Of a DNA stretch of 64,000 nt, positions 1-11,740 are shown in pieces. This DNA is from Pristiophorus japonicus. Taxonomy: Eukaryota. Numbering within the stretch: the stretch's first letter is position 1; every line of letters begins with the position of its first letter. Made by a program: the position numbers and the translations under genes. The stretch lies in NCBI RefSeq assembly GCF_044704955.1, contig NC_091981.1, forward strand, positions 163,432,001 to 163,496,000, read 5' to 3'. A model generated the notes under the pieces. It did not search any database, was not told where the DNA came from, and saw nothing but the letters and a program-made list of their open reading frames with translations.

Positions 1-65
1 GAATCCTCCCAGTGACGCAGCAAGTCCAGATTCCAATCCCAAGGATCTTCACTTTGGGATCAGCC

Positions 66-501
66 TCAGGCCTGGGCTGATGAGTTTGAGGATGATTCTC
101 CTTTTTCAGCACGGTTTGCTGGGCTGTAACCAGATTTCTTCTCTCCTCTCTTCTTCGACATAACGCCACCAATGACTATAGCAATCAGGGCGACGGCAGC
201 AATCACAATTCCAACAATCAAACCGATATTTGTTCCCTTTGGAGATCCTGGAGTCACTCGGAACGTCCCGTCCCAGTCTCGGTTCTTCACTCCTGTGTTG
301 TCACTCCAATCATACTGACAGGAATAGTTGGCTCCATCCGCGGACTCGATCTCAGCCCATCTCGTCAGCTGGTAGGCTCCATCGTGGTGGGGCAGGATGC
401 CAGTGGATCCCATGTCCGATCGGCTCGCGATTTGTCAGGAGGGTGACTTCGATATCACAAGGGTAAAAGCCCGTGATGAGGCAGGAGAGTTGGGTCGGTT
501 T
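66..501 (-). pseudogene. UAA: MHC class I heavy chain, UAA-like: alpha3 + connecting peptide + TM + cytoplasmic tail, intronless and frameshifted (processed pseudogene)
   Basis: Minus strand reads PTQLSCLITGFYPCDIEVTLLTNREPI, frameshifts near 413-420, then GSTGILPHHDGAYQLTRWAEI..YSCQY..W (C1-set Ig with class I LPxHDGxYQ), hydrophobic TM IGLIVGIVIAAVALIAIVIGGV, KKRG stop-transfer and tail GYSPANRAEKGESSSNSSAQA*. The tail resembles shark classical class I as I recall it. No introns between these domains. Confidence 0.85.
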
Positions 502-770
502 AATATTTAGCCACTCGGCCTGGGGCCTGGGGGCGAGGAGCTACTGCGCATGCACTTACACTCCAACGCGTATGTGCAGATGCCCCGGCACTGTTTTCAG
601 CGCAGGACGCTGGCTCCGCCCCCGACTCGACTGGCCACGCTGCGCAAAGACCCGGGAGAGGCCGGACAGCTGCCAATGTCGGGACTTTTTTTTGTCGCGC
701 TTGGAAACGTAGAAAAGCTGCGCAACTCGGGTGAGTGCGCCAAAAATCAGCATGGACCAATTTTGAGCCC
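502..770. mobile_element. Right end of a Harbinger-type non-autonomous DNA element/MITE (left end missing)
   Basis: Ends CCAATTTTGAGCCC|ATA (rc GGGCTCAAAATTGG), matching the GGGGCCAAAATTGG TIR at 24346. GC-rich body with TGCGCATGC. Confidence 0.6.
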
Positions 771-774
771 ATAG

Positions 775-917
775 CCACCAATTTTTAATTCCAGATTCTT
801 TTTATTTACTGAAATTTAAATTTGCTAGTTTCTCTAGTCAGATTTGAACTCATGTTTCTGGATCATTGGTCTAGGACTGCTGGATTATTAGTCCAGTAAC
901 ATAACCACTATGCTACT
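775..917 (-). mobile_element. tRNA-derived SINE head fragment
   Basis: rc reads GTAGCATAGTGGTTATGTTACTGGACTA...ATGAGTTCAAATC (A- and B-box-like). Confidence 0.6.
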
Positions 918-2199
918 CATTACTGAGGGAAGTAAAGGTAAAAATTGTGGCAGCTCTGGTCACAATCTTCCAATCCTCCTTAGATATGGGGGATGGTCCC
1001 AGAGGACTAGAGGATTGCAAGTGTTACATGTCTTTTTGAAAAAGGGGAGCGGGATAAACCCGGCAGTTACAGGCCAGTCCGCCTAACGTCAGTGATTGGG
1101 AAACTTTTAGAGACAATAATCAGGAACAAAATTAATCGGCATTTAGAAAAGTATGGATTAATAAATAAATGTCAGCAAGAATTTGTTAAATTCAAATTGT
1201 GGTTAACTAACTTGATTGAGCTTTTTTATAAAATAAGGGGGAGGGTTGATGAGGGTAGTGCAGTTGATGTTGTGTATATGGACTTTCAAAAGGCATTTCA
1301 CAAAGTGCCACATAATAGACCTGTTAGCAAAATGAAAACCCATGGGATTAAAGGGACAGTGGTAGCGTGGATACAAAATTGGCTAAGGGAGAGTAGTGAT
1401 GAACAGTTGTTTTTCAGATTGGAAGGAGATATACAGTGGTGGATCGCAGGGGTTGCTATGAGGACCACTTCTCTTTTTGATATATAATAATAACCTGGAC
1501 TTGAGTATACAGGGCATAATTTCAAAGTTTACAGTGACACAAAGCTCAGAAATATAATAAAGTGGAGGATAGTAACAGATTTCAGGAGGACCTAGACAGA
1601 CTGGTGAAATGGACAGACACATGGGAGATGAAATTTAACACAAAGAAGTGCAAAGTGATACAGTTATGTCTTGGATAAGGAGTCAGACTAGATACTGCAA
1701 GCTCAAAGTAAGTGTGACCGTAGTCCTTTATTACAGACCTCAGAGTGTCTCCAGCCTCCTTATATATAGGTGCTCCCAAGGGATTGTGGGTTAGACATGG
1801 TCATTACAGGTTTACATACGTAACAACACTGGCTCCCCCCCCCGCCCCACCCCAAGTCAATAGTGTAACTATTTACAACGTGAGTCAATCTGGGGCCTTC
1901 CTTTCCCTGGTTGATCATCTCGGTGCAAATGCTGGTATTGGTGAGTCATTTGTTGGGCCTTCGCTGGGCTGCTGCACAGCTGACCTTGTTGGACTGTTGA
2001 GGGTGGTGAGTCTTGCTGGGCTGCTGCGGGTGATGGGTTCTGCTTCGTGGTCAACCGCTGAGTCAGTTGCCACTTGTGTGTGTGTTGGAGGGTCGAAAAA
2101 GGTAGAGTCTATTGTGGGTTGTTCTGGATAGTCCGTAAATCTGAGTTTGGTTTCGTCCTAGTGTTTTCTGCAGGTGAGTCCATTTGCGAGTTTGACCAC

Positions 2200-5100
2200 T
2201 AATATGTCCTTACTATACAGTACAAATGCACACGAGGCCCATACTAGAGAGAAGGTCACTGTGACCAGTAAACTTTATTAGCCAGCACTGAAGAGGAGAA
2301 GATGGGTGGAGCTTCCCCTTTTATACCTGAAAGTCCAGGTTAGAAGTGTCTCCCACAAGTTCACCACCTAGTGTTCTCACGGTGTATAACTTAGGTCAGT
2401 TTATACATGGATTACAATGACAGTTGAATACATGACATCACATCCCCCCCAAAGTCTTATTGGGATCACAGGTTAAGTCTCTCTGGTGGTTTACGCTCCC
2501 TTGTAGAGCGCCTGAGTTGGGGCTCTGGTTGTTGGGCGCTGGCCTGAGTGTCTGCTATTTGTGGTGCTTCAGGCCTGTCCGGACTGCCCACAGTGACTGG
2601 GCTCTCCTCCACTTGGTTCCGGTGTTCGGTCATCTGTTGTGGAGCGAACTCTACATCGTGTTCTTCCTCTGCTTCTTCTATGGGGTTGCTGAACCTCCTT
2701 TTTGTTTGATCCACGTGTTTGCGGCAGATTTGTCCATTGGTAAGTTTAACTACCAGAATCCTATTCCCCTCTTTGGCAATCACAGTGCCTGCGAGCCATT
2801 TGGGCCCTGCAGCGTAGTTGAGGACAAAGACAGGGTCATTGACATCAATATATCGTGCCCTCGCATTCCTGTCATGGTAGTCACATTGTGACCGGCGCCT
2901 GCTCTCAACAATTTATTTCATGGTGGGGTGTATTAGGGATAACCTGGTTTTGAGCGTCCTTTTCATTAGCAGCTCAACGGGTGGAACCCCTGTGAGCGAG
3001 TGTGGTCGGGATCTATTGGCCAACAGGAGGCATTATAAGCGGCTTTGTCGGGAACCCCCTTGGATTCTGAGCATCCCCTGTTTGATTATCTGCACTGCTC
3101 GTTCCGCCTGGCCGTTTGAGGCCAGCTTGAACGGTGCCGTTCTGACATGGTTGATATCATTTCCTGCCATGAAGTCCTGGAATTCGATGCTTGTAAAGCA
3201 CGGGCCATTGTCGCTGACCAAGACGTCCAATAGACCATGGGCAGTGAACATTGCCCATAGACTTTCTACCGTGGCAGAGGATGTGCTTGAATTTAAAAAT
3301 GTCACACTCGATCCATTTGGAGTAGGCGTCTACTACAACCAAAAACATTTTTCCCATGAAAGGACCTGCGTAGTCCACATGGATGCATGACCATGGCTTG
3401 GCGGGCCAGGACCAGGGGCTAAGGGGGGCTTCCCTGGGCACATTGCCCAGCTGGGCACACGTGTTGCACCTGCGAACACAAAGTTCCAGGTCTGCATCTA
3501 TCCCTGGCCACCAAACGTGTGACCTGGCAATTGCCTTCATCATGACAATGCCCAGGTGCTCATTGTGGAGTTCTCATATGAACGCCTCTCTGCCCATCTG
3601 GGGCATGACTACTCGGTTTCCCCATAGTAGGCAATCGGCCTGAATCGAGAGTTCATCCTTGCACCTGTGAAATGGTTTAAATTCCTCAGGGCGTGCTCCG
3701 TACGTGACTGCCCAGTCCCTATTCAGGACACATTTCTTGATTAAAGACAGTAGCGGGTCTCTATTTGTCCAGACTTTAATCTGACGGGCTGTCATGGGTG
3801 AGCCTTCGCTTTCGAAAGCTTCAACAGCCATGATCATCTCAGTAGCATGCTCGGTTGCGCCCTAAGTGGTGGCTGGTGGGAGGCTGCTGAGCCTGGGAGT
3901 TTTCAGCGCCCGGTCTGTGCCGAATTGTGTAGACATAGGCGGCTAACGTGAGTGCCCACCTCTGTATATGCGAGCCGATGCATTTGCATTTATAGCCTTG
4001 TTGTCGGCTAAAAGGGACGTTAGGGGTTTGTGATCTGTCTCCTGCTCAAATTTCCTACCAAACAGGTAATGGTGCATTTTATTTACTGCATATACACATG
4101 CTAGCGCTTCCTTTTCTACTATCCCGTAGCCCCTTTCTGCCTGGGACAGACTTCTGGAGGCATAGGCTACCGGCTGTAACTGACCCTTGGCATTAATATG
4201 CTGCAACACACACCCGATCCCATAGGATGACGCATCGCACGTTAAAACAAGTTTCTTACATGGGTCATATAGCATTAACAGATTGTTGGAGCATAACAAA
4301 TTGCGTGCTCTATCAAAAGCCCTTTCCTGGCTGTCCCCCCAGACCCATTCACGACCTTTGCATAGGAGCACATGTGGCGGCTCTAACAGTGTGTTCAATT
4401 TGGGAAGAAAGTTACCAAAATAGTTCAGGAGCCCCAGGAACGAACGCAGCTCCGTCGTGTTACGGGGTCTAGGTGCTCTCTGGATCACTTCCGTTTTGGA
4501 CGGAGTAGGTCTGATCCCGTCTGCTGCTACCCTCATCCCCAGGAATTCTACCTCTAGAGCTAAGAAGACGCACTTCACCTTTTTCAGTCGCAGCCCTACC
4601 CGGTCCAGTCTGCGTAGCACCTCCTCCAGGTCATAGAGGTGTTCTTCAGTATCGCAACCCATGATGAGGATGTCGTCTTGAAAAATCATCGTCCTTGGAA
4701 TCGACTTGAGGAGACTTTCCATGTTTTGTTGAAAGCTCGCTTTTGCCGAGCGAATCCCGAACCGACATCTGTTATCCTCAAACAACCCCTTGTGTGTCGT
4801 GATGGTGGTCAGCTTCTTCGACTCACTCATCAGCTCCTGGGCCATATAAGCTGAGGTCAGGTCCAATTTTGAAAAAAGTTTGCAACCGGATAGCGTCACA
4901 AAGAGGTCCTCCGCTCTCGGTAGCGGGTACTGGTCTTGGAGTGACACCCGATTGATGGTGACTTTATAATCACCACATATCCTGACCGACCCATCCGCCT
5001 TGAGCACTGGTACAATCGGGCTCGCCTAGTCGTTGAATTCGACTGGCGAGATGATGCCTTCCCTCAGCAGGCGGTCCAATTCGCCTTCTATCCTTTCCCG

Positions 5101-6935
5101 CATCACGTAAGGCACCGCCCTGGCCTTGTGGTGTACTGACCTGGCGTCCGGGTTTATGTGAATCACTACCTTGGCCCCCATCAAAGTGCCAATGCCGGGT
5201 TGAAATAATGAGTCAAATTTGTCCACGACCTGTGAGCATGATATTCGCTCCACAGAAGAAATTGCATTGATAACGCCCTATTTCCAGTTCATGACAGCAA
5301 GCCAACACCTCCCCGGCAGTGCGGGACCGTCCCCCGGGACAATCCAAAGTGGCAACCTGGTCTCCGAATCTTTGTGAGTCATGACTACCGTGGCGTTGCC
5401 TAGCACCGGAATGATCTGCTTTGTGCATGTCCGTAGCTGTGCGTCAATCGGCAATAATTTTGGCCTCCTGGCCTTGGATGCCCACAACTTGTCGAACCGT
5501 TTGATACTTATCAGGGACTGGCTGGCCCCTGTGTCTAGCTCCATTGATACTGGGATGCCATTGAGGAGCACTTTCATCATTATCGGTGGCGTCCTGGTGT
5601 ATGAACTGTAAATGTGCTCCACATGAACTCGCTGAACTTCAGCTTCCAGCGATTTCCCCCAGTGTCCATTTGGCCTCGTAGGGCTTACATCGGGCCCGTC
5701 CTCCTCGTACATCAACCTGACTGCAGGCTTCCTGCACATACGCGCCAAGTGACCGCTGACGTTGCAATTTCTGCAGGTATATTGCTGATACCTGCAAGCT
5801 CTGGCTGTGTGTTTGCCTCCACACCTCCAACATGAGCCGTTGTTGGAAATAAAAGGTCCATTATCAGTCAATCGTCTCTGACTGTCTCTGTAACTGTCCT
5901 TAAACGCACCATTGATATGTGTTGATGGCCCCATTACTGGCCGCACTGTCCCTTGCGATGGCATGAATTGCCATTCAGCTAGCCATTGTCTCTATTGAAT
6001 TCCCCCTTTGCATTTGACTACTTGCTCGGGCATGTCCGATTGCCCCTGTCTGCCTGGTGAACTGTGTGCCGTGTTAACAATGTTGACTCTGTCCGTTTGC
6101 TGCATTTAAACCAAGATTTTTGTCAAACATCATTCTGGTCTCTTCCTCCCCTGAGATAAATATCTGGGCCATCAAAGCCGCCGTTTCCAGGGTCAAGTCT
6201 TTGGTCTCAATCAGTTTCCTGAAAACCCCAGCGTGCCCAATGCCCTCAATAAAAAAGTCTCGCAGCATCTCTGCTCTCATGCATCTGGGAACTTATATAG
6301 GCTCGCCAGTCAGCGGAGGTCTGCCACCAAGTCTGGAACGCTTTGCCCTTCTCGCCGCCGGTGCGTGTAAAACCGGTGTCTCGCCATGTGCATGCTGCTC
6401 GTCGGTTTAAAGTGTTCCCCGATCAACTTACTGATCTCTTCAAAAGTCTTACCCGCCGGCTTCTCTGGCGCTAGAAGGTCCTTCATCAGGGAGTACGTCC
6501 TGGATCCCCAAACCGTCAGGAGATGAGCCCTGCGTTTGTCGGCCGAATCCTGTCCCAGCTATTCCTTAGTGTCGAAACTTTGCTGTAGTCTCTCAATAAA
6601 ATTGTCCCAATCATGACCAACACAGTACCTCTCATCTGTGCTGCTAGTGGTCATGCTCGCGTAGTTTAAATCCCAGTTTCTCGTCGCCAATAATATGTCC
6701 TTACTATACAGTACAAATGGACACGAGGTCCATACTAGAGAGAAGGTCACTCTGACCAGTAACTTTTATTAGCCAGCACTGAAGTGGAGAAGATGGGTGG
6801 AGCTTCCCCTTTTATACCTGAAAGTCCAGTTTAGGAGTGTCTCCCACAAGTTCACCACCTAGTGGTCAGTGTTCTCACAGTGTACAACTTAGGTCAGTTT
6901 ATACATGGATTACAATGACTGTTGAATACATGACA
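2200..6935 (-). mobile_element. Gypsy (Mag-like) LTR retrotransposon B, full length, inserted in the integrase of A
   Basis: LTRs 2200-2437 and 6691-6935. TSD ACCAC at 2195-2199 and 6936-6940. PBS TGGCGACGAG at 6680-6689, PPT 2438-2450. Confidence 0.95.
2466..6655 (-). pseudogene. gag-pol of Gypsy B (stops/frameshifts)
   Basis: Two zinc knuckles CWRCGGKHTARAC / CRNCNVSGHLARMC, PR MELDTGAS, RT IFQDDIL, RNase H LTCDASSYG, IN IHVDYAGP..VSDNG..SNGQAER. Confidence 0.9.
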
Positions 6936-9900
6936 ACCACAAACACCCTTCTCCCCTCTTTGGCCAAAACAGTGTCAACAATCCACTTGGGACCTTTTCC
7001 ATAGTTCAACACAAATATAGGATCATTTACTTTAATTTCGCGTGACACATTTGCATGATCCTGATATGTATTCTGTTGAAGCTGCCTGCTCACCACCTGT
7101 TCGTGTAGATCAGGGTGGACTAACAAGAGCCTTGTCTTAAGTGCCCTTTTCATGAGCAGTTCAGCGAGAGGGACCCCAGTGAGCGAGTGGGGTCTTGCGC
7201 GATAACTAAGCAGGACTTGGGATAAGCGTGTCTGCACTGAGACTTCAGTTACCCTTTTCAAACTCTGCTTTATTATTTGAACTGCACGTTCTGCCTGACC
7301 GTTGGATGTTGGCTTAAATGGGGCAAATGTGACATGTTTGACTCATTGAGGGTCAAGAATTCCTTGAATTCGGCACTGGTAAAGCACGGCCCATTATCAC
7401 TTACAAGGACACCAGGCAGTCCGTGCGTGGCAAACATGGCCTGTAGGCTTTCAATAGTGGCACCGGATGTGCTTGCCGACATTATCACACATTCAATTGA
7501 CTTGGAGTATGCATCTACAACACTAAAAACATTTTTCCCAAGAATAGGCCTGCACAGTCGACATGAACCCTAGACCACGGTTTGGAGAGCGATGACCATA
7601 AACTTAGTGGCGCCTCCCTGGGTGCATTGCTTAACTGGGAACATGTATTACATTTGTGCTCGCAGGACTCTAAGTCTGCATCGATACCGGGCCACCACAA
7701 ATGGGATCTGGTTATCGCTTTCATCATTACAATGCCTGGGTGGGTACTGTGGAGATCACTAATGAAAGTGTCCCTGCCCTTTTTTGGCACAACTACCCGA
7801 TTATCCCACAGGAGGCAGTCTGTCTGTATAGACATTTCATCTTTGCGCAGCTGGTACGGCTTTATTTCTTCCTGCATCTTCTACGGGACACTAGACCAAC
7901 CCCCTTGGAGCACACAGTTTTTTACTAAGGACAGTAAGGGTTTCTGGCTTGTCCAGGTTCTAATCTGTCGGGCGGTAACAGGTGATCGCTCACTCTCGAA
8001 TGCTTCCATTACCATAACTAAATCTGCGGGCTGTGCCATCTCCACCCCGGTGGTGGGCAATGGTAGCCTACTGAGAGCATCGGCACAGTTCTGGATGTGG
8101 CTGATGCATTCATATTTATCCACTTATTTTCAGAAAAGAGGGATATAAGCGGCTTATGGTCGGTTTCCAATTCAAATTTGAGTCCGAACAGATATTGATG
8201 CATTTTATTTACCCTGTAAACACACGTTAACGCTTCTTTTTCAATCATACTGTAGGCCCTCTAGGCCTTTGACAGACTTCTGGATGCATAAGCAACTGGT
8301 TGCAATTTCCCAATGTTGCAATACACACCTGACCCCATACGACGACGCATCACATGCTAGTACCAAACGTTTACATGGATCGTACAACACAAGCAATTTG
8401 TTTGAACATAACAGCTTCCTAGCTTTCTCAAAGGCATTTTCTTGGCTTTTACCCTATACCCATTCATCTCCTTTATGCAGTAAAGAGTGCAGGGGTTCTA
8501 ACAATGTGCTCAGACCTGATAAGAAGTTACCAAAATAGTTCAGGAGTTCTAGAAACGACCACAGCTCTGTCACATTCTGTGGTCTTGGTGCGTTTTTGAT
8601 TGCCTCCATCTTCGAATCGGTGGGCCTGATGCCGTCCGCCGTGATTCCTCTCCCCAGGAACTCCACTTCAGATGCTAGGAAAATGCACTTCTAGTGTTTT
8701 AGTCTGAGCCTCACACGATTAAGCTGACTAAGAACCTCCTCCAGGTTTTGCAGGTGCTCGACGGTGTCCCGACGTGTAACCAAGATGTCGTCCTGGAAGA
8801 CCACGGTGCGTGGGACCAACTTCAGCAAGCTTTCCATGTTCCTCTGGAATATCACTGCGGCTGATCGAATCCCAAATGGGCATCTGTTGTAAATGAAAAG
8901 ACCTTTGTGCGTGTTGATGCAGGTGAGGCCTTTCAAAGATTCCTCCAGTTCCTGCGTCATGCAGGCCGAGGTCAAGTCCAGCTTCGTGAATGTTTTCCCT
9001 TCCACCAGCGTTGCAAATAGGTCATCTGCCTTTGGTAGCGGATATTGATCCTGCAGTGAGAAAAGATTGATAGTTACTTTATAATCACTACAGATTCTGA
9101 CAGTGCCGCCTCCCTTGAGGACTGGAACAATCAGACTGGCCAACTCGTTGAATTCGATCAGGAAAATGCCCTCTCGTTGCAACCTGTCCAGCTCGATCTT
9201 CACCCTCTCTCTCATCATGTAAGGTACCGCTCTCGCCTTGTGATGGATGGGTCACGCCCCCGGAATCAAATGGATCTGCACTTTTATTCCTTGGAACTTC
9301 CTGATGCCTGGTTCGAACAGTGAGGGGAACTTGCTTAGGACCTGGGCACATGACGTGTCGTTGATGGACGAAAGCGCTTGGACGTCGTCCCAGTTCCAGC
9401 GTATCTTTCCCAGCTAGCTCCGGTCGAACAGCGTGGGGCCATCGCCTGGTGCCACCCAGAGTGATAAATCGTGCATCACTCCATCATAGGAGACCTTTAC
9501 AGTGGCACTGCCAATGATGGGAATCACTTCCTTTGTGTACCTTCTGAGTTTGTTATGAATGGGAGTCAGGACTGGCCTTGAAGCCTTGTTGCACCAAAAC
9601 TTATCAAAAGTCTTTTTACTCATTGTGGACTGGCTTGCGCCCGTGGCCAGCTCCATGGACACCGGGAGTCCATTTAATTCAACCTTCAGCATTATCGGGG
9701 GACACTTTGTGGTAAATGTGTGCACCCCATATACCTCTGCCTCCTCAGTCTGAGGCTCTGGTTCGTCATGATCCACCGTGGATCTGTTCTCCTCTGCAAC
9801 ATGGTGGTTTGCAGGATTAGCAGTGTTTGCAGCTCGCCTGCACATACGTTGGAGGTGTCCCATTGTTCCACAGTCCTTTCAAACATATCCTTTGAATGAA

Positions 9901-11362
9901 ATGGATGATCGCCCCCGCAACGCCAACAAGGTGTTAATTGCCTTGTATTCATCACCCTTGATGATGGACTCCGAGTCATCTGCGAACGTTCAGCTACTGG
10001 CGTGTAAGTCCTGCCCTGTACATTTCGATTCAAAAACAACTTTACTTTGTTCACAGTACTTGCAACAGCACTAGTGTGCTGGGAAATTTGTTTGGTATTG
10101 TCTCTGGTGGAGGTAAGCGCCTGGGCTATCGCTATGGCTTTACTCAAGGTTGGGGTCTCTACAGTCAAAAGTTTGCGAAGTATTACTTCATGGCCAATGC
10201 CAAGTACAAAGAAGTCCCTGAGCATATACTCCAAGTGTCCTTCAAATTCGCAATGTCCTGCAAGGCGCCTTAGCTCGGCGACGTAGCTCGCCACTTCCTG
10301 GCCTTCAGACCTCTTGTACGTGTAGAACCGATACCACGCCATCAGAACGCTTTCCTTCGGGTTTAGATGCTCCCGGACCAGTGTGCACAACTCATCGTAC
10401 GATTTGTCTGTGGGTTTTGCTGGAGCGAGCAGGTTTTTCATGAGGCCATACGTTGGTGCCCTGCAAACGGTGAGTAGGATCGCCCTTCATTTGGCAGCAT
10501 TCCCTTCTCCTTCCAGCTCGTTGACCACGAAGTATTGGTCAAGTCACTCCATGAAGGTTTACCAATCATCTCCCTCCAAAAATTTCTCCAGGGTGCCCAC
10601 AGTTCTCTGCATTGTTGCACTGGGGTTGGTTATCTGTATCTCTTTGCCAGTTGTTATGTCTTGGATAAGGAGTCAGATTAGAAACTGCAAGCTCAAACTA
10701 AGTGTGACCGTAGTCCTTTATTACAGATCTCAGAGTGCCTCTCCAGCCTGTGAGGCCTCCTTATATACAGGTGCTCCCAAGGGATTGTGGGATCCCTTGG
10801 GACTCTAGGGGATAAGCCATCTGGTGGTTAGACATGGTAATTACAGGTTTACATACATAACAGATACATTTTGGTCGGAAGAATGAGGAGAGGCAATATA
10901 AACTAAATGGTACAATTTTAAAGGGTGTGCAGGAACAGATTTGAACTCATATCTCTGGATCATTAGTATGTATGCTGTGAGATGTATGTACACAAATCTT
11001 TGAAGATGGTAGGATAAGTTGAGAAGGCTTTTAAAAAACATATGGGATCTTTGGTTTCATTAATAGAGGCATAGAGTACACAAGCAAAGAAGTTGTGCTA
11101 ATCCTTTATAAAACACTGGTTATAAAAAGCTGGAGTATTGCATTCAATCCTGGGCACACTTTGGGAAGGATGCCAAGGACTTAGAGGAGGTGCAGAAAGG
11201 ATTTACGGGAATGGGACCAGAGATGAGGATCTTCAGTTATGTAGAGAGACTGGCTACTTTGGGGTTGTTCTCCTTAGAGCAGTGAAGGTTGAGGAAATTT
11301 GATAGAGCTGTTCAAAATCCTGAACAGTTTTGATCAAGTAAATAAAGAGAAACTAATTCCAA

Positions 11363-11610
11363 TTGGATTCCGTGATCAGGCCTGAGTTAAAAAGACAGAC
11401 GGTTTCAATGATGTAATCAGGCCGCAACAAGTATATGTAAAGAAAGACCCTGTTGGCTCCAGGTGCGTATACTTGCTGCCTGCTCAGGAGAGCAGGTTAA
11501 AATTGCAGATGTTGCAATCATGGTGCCTTTCAGATAGGTAAGAGCCAGGGCAATTTTAGCTGCCCACTCACTAGGTTTCTGCTGCGCAAGTAGGGTTAAA
11601 ATTGCCCCTA
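11363..11610. mobile_element. MITE-like fragment inside the old CR1, with terminal hairpin
   Basis: AGGGCAATTTTAGC (11547) is inverted to GGTTAAAATTGCCCCT (to 11609). CR1 homology stops and resumes either side. Confidence 0.5.
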
Positions 11611-11740
11611 ATTTTCTGTGGCAGAAGAGTCGGTAGCCAGGACATACAGATTTAAGGTGATTGGCAAAAGAACCAAAGGAAACATGAGGAAATATTCTTT
11701 TTACAGTTTGTTGAGATTGTGAATGTACTGCCTGAAAGGG

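Larger units (their letters stand above)
1662..10862 (-). mobile_element. Gypsy (Mag-like) LTR retrotransposon A, full length, decayed; contains element B
   Basis: LTRs 10652-10862 and 1662-1825 (internally deleted). TSD GATAC at 1657-1661 and 10863-10867. PBS-like TGGCAAAGAG next to the 5' LTR, PPT near 1826-1850. gag (~10612-9800), PR MELATGAS, RT FQDD, RNase H, IN in broken ORFs. Confidence 0.93.

Noticed and set aside
775-917. tRNA genes here and at 22735-22810 and 43430-43505
   Set aside because: Degenerate A/B boxes continuing into SINE bodies, with no convincing cloverleaf.
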